DNA of 64,000 bases, taken from Salpingoeca rosetta. Lineage: Eukaryota; Protista; Choanoflagellata. The DNA is taken from contig JAWQFM010000001.1 of NCBI GenBank assembly GCA_033442325.1, forward strand, positions 2,083,479-2,147,478, in the 5' to 3' direction. The notes beneath the pieces are model-generated. The model saw only the letters and a program-made list of their open reading frames with translations, was not told the DNA's origin and did no database searches. Both the position numbers and the translations under genes were made by a program. This document shows, in pieces, positions 54,722 through 64,000 of this stretch; position 1 is the first letter of the stretch, and the number at the start of each line of letters is the position of its first letter.

Positions 54722-57700
54722 ATGACTGTCGGCGACCGGCACACCATGCCCACACCGCCTCAGCAGCAGACCTCACAGGACTATCAACTGCAGTCCCACC
54801 AACACCAACAACAGCCGCAAACCTTGCCAAACGCCTTGCAATCCATGTACAACGCCGTTTCGCTGGCACAGCAGCCAGTGCCACAACAGACCATGATGAT
54901 GCTGGCCCAGGCAGCCTCCGCCGGCAGACAACCGGCCATGAACGTTCAGGCAGGTATCGCCCAGCAAGCGCAACACCAGCAGCAACACCAGCCCAGCACT
55001 GTTGATGACAAGGAAGGCGTGCCCATGACGAAGCGACCAAAGCAAGAGCAGCAGCAACCGCAGGCGCAAACCCATGCAGCGCCTTTTCAGCCTCCAGGCC
55101 AGGATGCTGCCCTCCAGCAACTGCACTTGCAACAGCTTCTGCTGCAACTCCAACAACAACAGCAACAGCAGCCGCTACCTGCACCAGGCTCCACGCTCCA
55201 TCCATTCATGAGCATGTACGGGGGATGGAACAACCCGCCCTGGGCGACAGTCCCTGACCACGCCCAGGCACAGCAACAGCACACGTCTGCTGCCGATGCA
55301 CACCCGCAACGCCAGCAGACCCAACAGGAAGGCTCTGCAAGCACGCAGCCCGGCTTGCTTGCAGCAGAGACCACGCCTTCCTCTGCCTCGCCGCCTTCTT
55401 TGGCGCATCAGCAACCTGCTGCTTCCATGTTTCCAACGACAGCAAACCCTGCACCGTATCTGAGCACACCGAACAGCGCTCTCTCTGGCCTGCCTGCTGC
55501 GGCCATGTTCAACCCCAGCATCATGGCCCAGCTCATGGCCACCTACCCCGCTGCGATGGCAGGCCTTGTCCCCGGCTTTGCGCCAGGCATGCCTGGAGCC
55601 GCTCAGACAAGTGCTGTCCAGCCCACACATCTGCAGCGGCCTCATCAGCAACAACAACAACAACAACAACAAGACCAGCCGCGACAACAACAACAATCAT
55701 CCCTGGCACGTTCCAAACGGGGCAGGAAACCTCGCCCAGAGTGCCCCGTCTGCGGTGGCCCCGGGCGACACACAGCGACAAAGTACGCGGTCGTGCATGT
55801 GCTTGTGAATGTGTGTGTGTGTGTGTTTGTGTTGTGTTGTGTGCGATGTGTTTGTGTGCTGTGTGTGGCTAGATGCTGTCTGTCACTAACGTGTGTCTGT
55901 AGGTCTTGCGATTTTGCTTCTGTTCTCTTCCTTCTTGTGCATTTGTTTGTTTGTTACTTGGTTCATCATGGCGAGTTGCGCTGGCGTTTTTGTTTTGCAT
56001 TGACTGCTTTCCGACTGAGAATAATTTGTTAGTCGTTCACGATGAATCCCCTGCCTCTGTGTTTTTTGACTTGTCAGATTGTGCTCGACATGTTATGGGT
56101 AAGGAAGGATGAGACGGAAAACGCCTGTTTTGCTTGAGAGTTTGTTCTTGTGGTTAGCAGTGTTGTTGGGGCGTATGCGTACATGATCGTTGCAGTCAGC
56201 GTGATTTGAAAGGGGGGGGGTGTTGCTTGTCTCGGGCGACAACATCAGCCGTCAGCCAACACCTGCTGTGTTGCTCATGGTGATGGTGATGGCGATGGCG
56301 GCGGGGTTCGCTCGACACTATATTGCCCAAAGGGACCGCTGGTTCTCTTCTCCCTATTCCTTGACCTTCTTTGCCGCTCACTCACTCACTCACTCACTCA
56401 CTCACTCACTCCCAACCAACACGATGCACCGCCGCACATTTATTGCAGGGGCGTCTACAACGACATTGCCAAGGTGTACAAGGACCCGAAACAAGCATTG
56501 ACTGTGGACGGCTTCGTCGAAGGTACCATGCCATGTCGTGTTGACATGCGTTTGGCGTATGCGGTGTTGGGTGTGCGTGTCGACACCCACGAGCACGAGC
56601 GCCACCTACTTTCGAGTGCGCGAACTTGTCCGATGTTGCTCCGTGTGCGTCGTCGGCAAGGACGTGGGATTTGGGTGTGAGACTTCTCGTGGTCGTGTGG
56701 AAGTTGGTGACGTCGATACCCATGCCAGCCTTGGGTCTAGACGTGGGCACGAACCACCCTTGCACACCGCCCTTCCTCGCCATGGCTCAACCTTTCTCAC
56801 CATCATCCACCACCGCATTTTCTTTGTTCAATGCGCGCACCAACTGTGTTTGACCCCATGATTACGTCTTGACTCTGTGCTCACTTCACCCATGCTCACG
56901 CCGCATGTGTTGTCGCTTGCGTGCGTGCCGTTGCAGGGCTGAAGCGGCTACCGCGCGGGTGCCCTCGCAAGAACACATGCTCCAAAGAGCATTACAGCCA
57001 CCGGCTGCCAACATGTATGATGATGTTGCTGTCGTGTTGCGTGAGATATGGGCTGGCTTTTGCCCATTTGGTTACGTGCCACGACACGGCTTTGAGTTCC
57101 AACAATGTCTGGGCTTCGTTTTTCTCACAGCGCCGTCTCCTTGCCTTCCCCCCCCCGCCTTGTTCTCTACATTTGAACTCCCTTTGTTTTATTCCCACGC
57201 GCTTGACCACTGCCCTGACACCAACAGACGTCAAGTGCACCCAGTGTCGCACCATTGCCGTGGCACAACATGACCCCGTCACTGTCCAGAATTGTGCGTC
57301 TCCGTGGTGATTGCTTTGCCTGCGTTGCGTGTGAAAGCCATTATGCATGTGCCCCTTGTTCTATATTTGGCAACCTGCATGTGACTCTCGCCACCCACGA
57401 TGTTTGTATCTGCGTGCGCATATCGATTGACCTACCTGCGCGTGGTTGTGATTGTGATTTGTCGCTGTTGTTGTGATTGTGCTTGCTGTGCTTGTTGTGA
57501 TTGCGCTTGCCGGGATTGTGCGTGCTGGTGCTGGTGCTGGTGCGCCCGTTGCCCGAGTGCGTGAGTGTGAATGGTGTGTGGATGCCCATTTTTTGTTTTT
57601 CGTCTCACACTGTCATGACGATGTGCCGCTCCGCTGTGTGATGTGCTGTTGTAGTGCTGGAGAAGCGACGGCAGCGCCTGGAGCAGGGCGGCGGCGGCTC

Positions 57701-58001
57701 TGGCACTGGTGACGACGACTCGTACGACTCGCCATCCATTGGCGCCTCAGAAGAAGCCAAGCTCGAAGCGGGGAGCGACGTGGCGGGCAGCGGCGCACCA
57801 AAGACCAAGGCCCCCGGAGACAAGAAGGTGGCAGCCCAAACACCGACGGTCGGTGCAGATGCCACTCCCGAGAGCACAGCTGCCCCTCCTCCTCCTCCTG
57901 CATCATCCTCGTCAACATCGACCGGCCCGCTTGGGAAAAAGCAGCGAGGGTCGCCCAAGATTGGGCAGGATGGGTCCGTGCATGGAACTCCCCGGCAGTG
58001 A
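54722..58001 (+). CDS. Q/P/A-rich protein with basic NLS-like segment and Cys/His cluster; putative transcriptional regulator; start uncertain
   Basis: Long Q-rich exon ending RSKRGRKPRPECPVCGGPGRHTATK. Short exons GVYNDIAKVYKDPKQALTVDGFVE and GLKRLPRGCPRKNTCSKEHYSHRLPT. Final exon LEKRRQRLEQ... low-complexity. Confidence 0.65.
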
Positions 58002-59058
58002 CAAAAAAGGGACAGGCGATGACCGCTGCCACCACGACCTCACTGCCGTCAGTCAGTCGCTGATGTCTGTGGCTCCGACGAGAACCAACCCATGTCGCTG
58101 TCTGCCTGCCTGTCTTGGCTTAGCATGGCTTGACGACGAGAGCCCCTCCCACCCTTCCCCCTGTTTTCCTTTCTCCATCTCCTGTTCTCCTTCCTCCTCT
58201 TCCTTCTGCTCTGTTCCTGTTGCTTCTCCTTCTTTCCTTCCACCTTCCTTCCTCTTCTTCGCTCCTTCTTTCCTTCCACCTTCCTTCCTCCTTTGCTGTT
58301 CTGATAGCTGGCACGCAGGCGCGGACAAGAAAAGACTGTTGACCATGTTGACCCACCCTGTTGACCGTGATGACCCTGTTGCTTCCGCCCGTTCTTTCTT
58401 TGTTTCTGCCGTGGAGCAACAGCCAGAGCCAGATGTACATGTAGCATGCAGACTTTGAACAAGACTTGTGTCTCCGCTTTGGCCCTTTGCCTTTTACATG
58501 TGTGTATGGATTAGTGGTTGGTTGGTTGGTTGTGTTGTGTTGTATTTCGCTTCACGCCCGTATCTTTACTCTGTTATGTAAGTGTTGGACCTTGGTTTTA
58601 AGTGCACCACCAACTTCTTCTTCTTCTTCGCTTTGTTCCCCATCCGCTTTGTGATCTTGTCTTGAGTTTGTCACCCTCTTTCTTCTTTTTTTTTTTCATC
58701 TCTTGCTTTGTGTTATGCTTGCGTTGGGTGTCTTGCTCGCCTGTTTCTCTTCCACCTCACTGTGCTTTTGTTGCTTTTCTCGTGCTTTGAACCCCTCTTC
58801 CCCCCGCCTCCAACGCAACTGTAGTGCTCGAGAATGTACACCATTTCCGTCACCATCCTCTTCATGTGTACTTGCTTGGGTTTGCTCTGTGTGTGTGCGT
58901 GTGTGCATGTGTGCATGTGTGTCTGTATGTGCGTTAGAAGCGACATACGTGTGTGTGTGTGTGTGTGCGTTAGAAGCGACATACGTGTGTGTGTGTGTGT
59001 GTGTGCATGCGCCAGAATCCTCGACACCATGTCATTGTGAGATCGACGTGTGTGTTTT

Positions 59059-59280
59059 CTACATGCGCCCTTCTTCTGCGCAGTTGTAGCAGTTGTTTCG
59101 TCTCCTCCATTGTCCTCGTCCACTTGTGCTAGCAGCATGGAAGGGTGGCGCACGTTGTGCTGGTGTGGTGGGTCTGGCTGCCGCTTGCACGCGCCCCTCT
59201 TCCTCGGCGAGTACGTGGGAAAGCACGCTGTGCTGGGTCATGCTCGTGCAGCTGGTCGTCTGTTGGCTGTTTGCACCTGA
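59059..59280 (-). mobile_element. Possible decayed Ty1/copia-like gag fragment
   Basis: SMTQHSVLSHVLAEEEGR...RGQWRRRNNCYNCAEEGRM-stop: a degenerate CX2CX4HX4C knuckle preceded by an LxEE-like helix. Confidence 0.35.
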
Positions 59281-60965
59281 GCAAGTGAGTGAATGTGATG
59301 TGATTCATTGACGTGTTATTTTTCTGTTTTGTCGTTCTGTTCTCTGATGGGCAGTAGTTACAACAAAGTACAATCGAGCAAACGAGCACTGTAAGCGTGG
59401 CAAAGGCTGCTGGTGGTGTGAGGGAAGGCGCACTCACAGACTAGCGCGCATCAGCGTGGTGTGACAACATACAATGGGGTGCTTGGGGTGAGGTGTGAGG
59501 ATGTGGTTTGCCAGAACAGCAGAGCCAACTCACACGTCACACATTCTGCTCACACAGCCTGGCAGATTTGCATTTTGCAACGGGTTTCTTCGTTTGCCGC
59601 GTGAAGCGCGCGAAAGTTGCGTAAGGGACGCTTCATACGAACGATGCACTCGGTCGCGATAATGTAAAACGAGAATCTTCGAAAGATTTCAACATACCAC
59701 GGACACGGGCAGGTATCAACACCACAAAGCAAAGCAAATGCCGATTTCGTTCTTTCTTGCTGACTCGGCAAAATTCCTGGTGACACCGTTGTCATCGTTT
59801 TTGTATTTACATATTGTTTTCGTTTGGCGTGGTTGGTTGCTTGCCTGGCGGTTTTGGGGACTGGCTGGGTGCTTCCCGCACAAGCAAGCTCCCTGCTGCG
59901 GCTGACTGGTGCTGCTGCTATGCTCGCCATTTCCCTTGTTGCGTTGTTCCGCACAATACACACACAAACACAAGCAGCCGCTGCAGCAGTAATCCCTGAT
60001 CGCTGCCTCTCTCTCTCTCTCACTCTGTGCACCGCTCGAGCAACAGCGAGCAAGATCCATCACCGTGAGTGGCTGTGGGTGTGCGTGTATGACGTTGTCA
60101 ATCGCTTCTCTGGGTGTTGATGCAACCACGCAAGGTGTTGTTTATGTTTATGTTTATGTTTTGCACCAATCCCCGCTTCCCTCACACACCACACTCTCAC
60201 ATCTCTCTCACTCTCACACATCACATCTCTCTCACTCTCACATTCTTCTCCCTTCTCCCTACACCCGACCTTCCTGTCTGTCGTGCCAACCACGCAACCT
60301 CACCCTCTCCTCCTCCCACAAACACACACACGCACACACACACATCCAACGCACACGCTGTTCGTGCCTGCGTTTGCATATTGCACCTTCCTCTTCCCCC
60401 CCCCTCCCCCAATCAAACTCCCAGGAACGCAAGAAGAACAAGACAAGCAAGGAGAAGGAAAACCGACCAAGCACATTTCCCGCACTTGCAGCGTCTCGTC
60501 TTTGATGATCATCACCGGCTGATTGAATATTTCTTCTTCGCTTCCTCTTCCCCTTCCACGCCAAATCTACCCGCCCAGCCTGCCTGCCTTGCTGCGCGAT
60601 CCAATCCGTGCCCAGCCATCGCCGTGCGTGAGGTTGGTTCGATGCTTGTCTTGTCACCTCGCACCATCTCGATGCACCACGACGACGACCACGACCACCA
60701 CCACACCAGCACACACAGTTCGTTCCTGGTGCTGTGCTCGTTTGTTTACGTTTGTTGCTGTGCATTGGTTTGCGTGCGCTTGCGGTGTGTGGCCTTTTTG
60801 TCTTTTGTTGGTGTTCTTCTTGTTTTTGTGTCTTGTGCCCTGTTCTTGTGCCGTTCCCCCCCCCCCCTTTCCCGCGCCATGCGCCTGTTTCTTTTCCTTT
60901 GCCGTGCTATCTCCACGACCCCGCTGTGTGTTGATTCGATCCGGTCCGATCATCGAGCAACGCAC

Positions 60966-61190
60966 GCTCTCCTGTGTTCTTCCTTGGCGTAGTCGTGTGC
61001 GGCGGCTTCAACCTCATCGCGAAGGCTCGCCTGACCAGGCGCCTCACCATCCTGTGTTCACACACACACACACACACACAGAGCAAAGCGCAGAGTAAGT
61101 CACACAAACCGAACAAATCAAATCGTTCCGCCTTAGGCTCAGCTTCATATACACACAGTCACACAATCACAGTCACACACGCACACAATG

Positions 61191-61231
<41 letters not shown>

Positions 61232-61288
61232 CCCCTGTTCCATTCGTGCACAGCCCATTCACGGCACCCTCATTTTCCCCTTTCCAAA

Positions 61289-61375
<87 letters not shown>

Positions 61376-62428
61376 GCAATCTCGTCGACGGTGCGACGGA
61401 GGTGGTCGAAGGAAAAGACCTTTGACTTGGAAGGGTGCTTGTAGCGACCATCGGCAGTGCGACCAGCCGTCGTCACCAGAACATTGTCCTCGTCAACCTT
61501 GGCGATCATAAACTGGTCCTCGTTGTACGTGCTGAACGCCCTGTGGTCAGCCAGGCAACCAAGCAAAAAGGAGGCGCAAACGCGCAAGCAAGCAGACACG
61601 CGATAAGAAAGCATGCACACAAGCGGGGAAGGCCAGGGAATTGCACCGCACAAACGCGTTCATCAAGGCCACGGGCAATCACCAAACACAGACACGGCAG
61701 TCAAACGTACTCCTCGCCGGCTTGCTTGAGGAGCGCGTCGTTGTCGAGAAGCACGCGAACATCTGCAACCACAACCATCGATCAAACCAAAAAAACAGCA
61801 ACTGACTGCATGAGAGCATGCGTGCATCGCCACTGAAAAGGAAGTGGCACTCAAGGAGCGGGTCGTGCAAAGCAGGTGCGCTTGATGGCTTGAGAAGCGC
61901 ATCTCACCGTTGAAGACTTCGTTGAACTCGCCGGGCGGTGCGTTTGCCAGGAAGTCCTTGGCGATTTGCACCTACACAGACAGGCAGGCAGCGGAAACAT
62001 CAGTGAGTGACACAGATTGTGTGTGTGTGTGCGTGTGCGCGCGTGTGCGCGTGTAGGTGGGTGTGGGGAAAGAGAATACCCCCCAACACACACACACACA
62101 CATACATTGAACACGCATCATCTCCAAGATGAACAACAGCACGCAGGTGCACACAAACACACACGCACACAATATCACTGGTCGCTGAGGGCGGTTTGTT
62201 TGTGTTTGTGTATTGTGTACATGTGTTGGTGTGGTTGTCATTGTTGGTGTTGTTATCGTTTCAACAACGCCACTCTCTGCATTATACTGCCCTCCACCTC
62301 CACCCCCTCCACACACGCCCAACACACCCAACACACCCTCTGTACTCACACGCCTTGCACACAGACACACCCGCCTTGCACAGCACACCAACCTTTTCCT
62401 CGTCGGGGATGTCCTCGTCGTAGTCCAT
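60966..62428 (-). CDS. CAPZA: F-actin capping protein alpha subunit; only the N-terminal half is visible
   Basis: MDYDEDIPDEEK|VQIAKDFLANAPPGEFNEVFN|DVRVLLDNDALLK|AFSTYNEDQF...VLVT...FSFDHLRR|...LRDEVEAAAHDYAKE. Confidence 0.9.
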
Positions 62429-62746
62429 CTTCGTTGTTGCCTTTGGTTGGTTGTTGGTGGTGGATATGCAGGGCGAGCAGCAAATGCCTGTGCGAAACAT
62501 ACACAATGCTTACTGGGCACAGAAAACTCCATAAAACCATCCACCAGATTTCCAGCGCCTCAGCCACCCCCAAGTTTGCCATTTGCGATGCTCTCCGCCT
62601 CCTGCAATTTGCAAAGACCACCCCACACACCCCAGCAGGAAAAAGAAATCATCCAACACAAACAACAACAACAACGAAACGGCCGCACAACACAGCCAAC
62701 AACAGCCAAGCGAGTGCGTGAGGAACCGCCTGCCGTGTTCGCCGAG
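62429..62746. promoter_or_regulatory. Short divergent intergenic region CAPZA/C1 protein (candidate bidirectional promoter)
   Basis: Head-to-head ATGs about 320 bp apart. Confidence 0.45.

Positions 62747-64000
<1,254 letters not shown>

Noticed and set aside
58200-58995. Short local duplications (ccttctttccttccacc.. x2; gcgttagaagcgacatacg x2)
   Set aside because: Slippage-type duplications in low-complexity DNA; no evidence of LTRs or function.

Overview
Intron-rich eukaryotic genomic DNA with (CA)n/(GT)n microsatellites in almost every intron. Gene content (DEEA-type Nav channel, PTP-fold protein, PPM1E/F-like PP2C) and intron style point to a choanoflagellate such as Salpingoeca rosetta; this is an inference. 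About 14 spliced genes can be reconstructed by eye: TTC1, a membrane-anchored PTP pseudophosphatase, an F-box/LRR protein, an F-box/ankyrin protein, a four-domain Nav2-type channel, a PP2C, DAP3/MRPS29, a type-I membrane protein, a secreted dicysteine-repeat protein, BORCS5, PISD, a Q-rich putative Zn-binding protein, an apparently truncated CAPZA and a C1-domain protein. There is one N gap. Main anomalies: (1) a ~480-bp compositionally foreign, apparently non-coding block inside PISD (50780-51262) exactly where the catalytic-His exon(s) should be; (2) a CAPZA gene that stops mid-protein; (3) a PTP with Cys>Asp, Arg>Pro and WPD>WPA changes. Most entries in the ORF track are microsatellite artefacts. 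Exon boundaries were read manually and are approximate.
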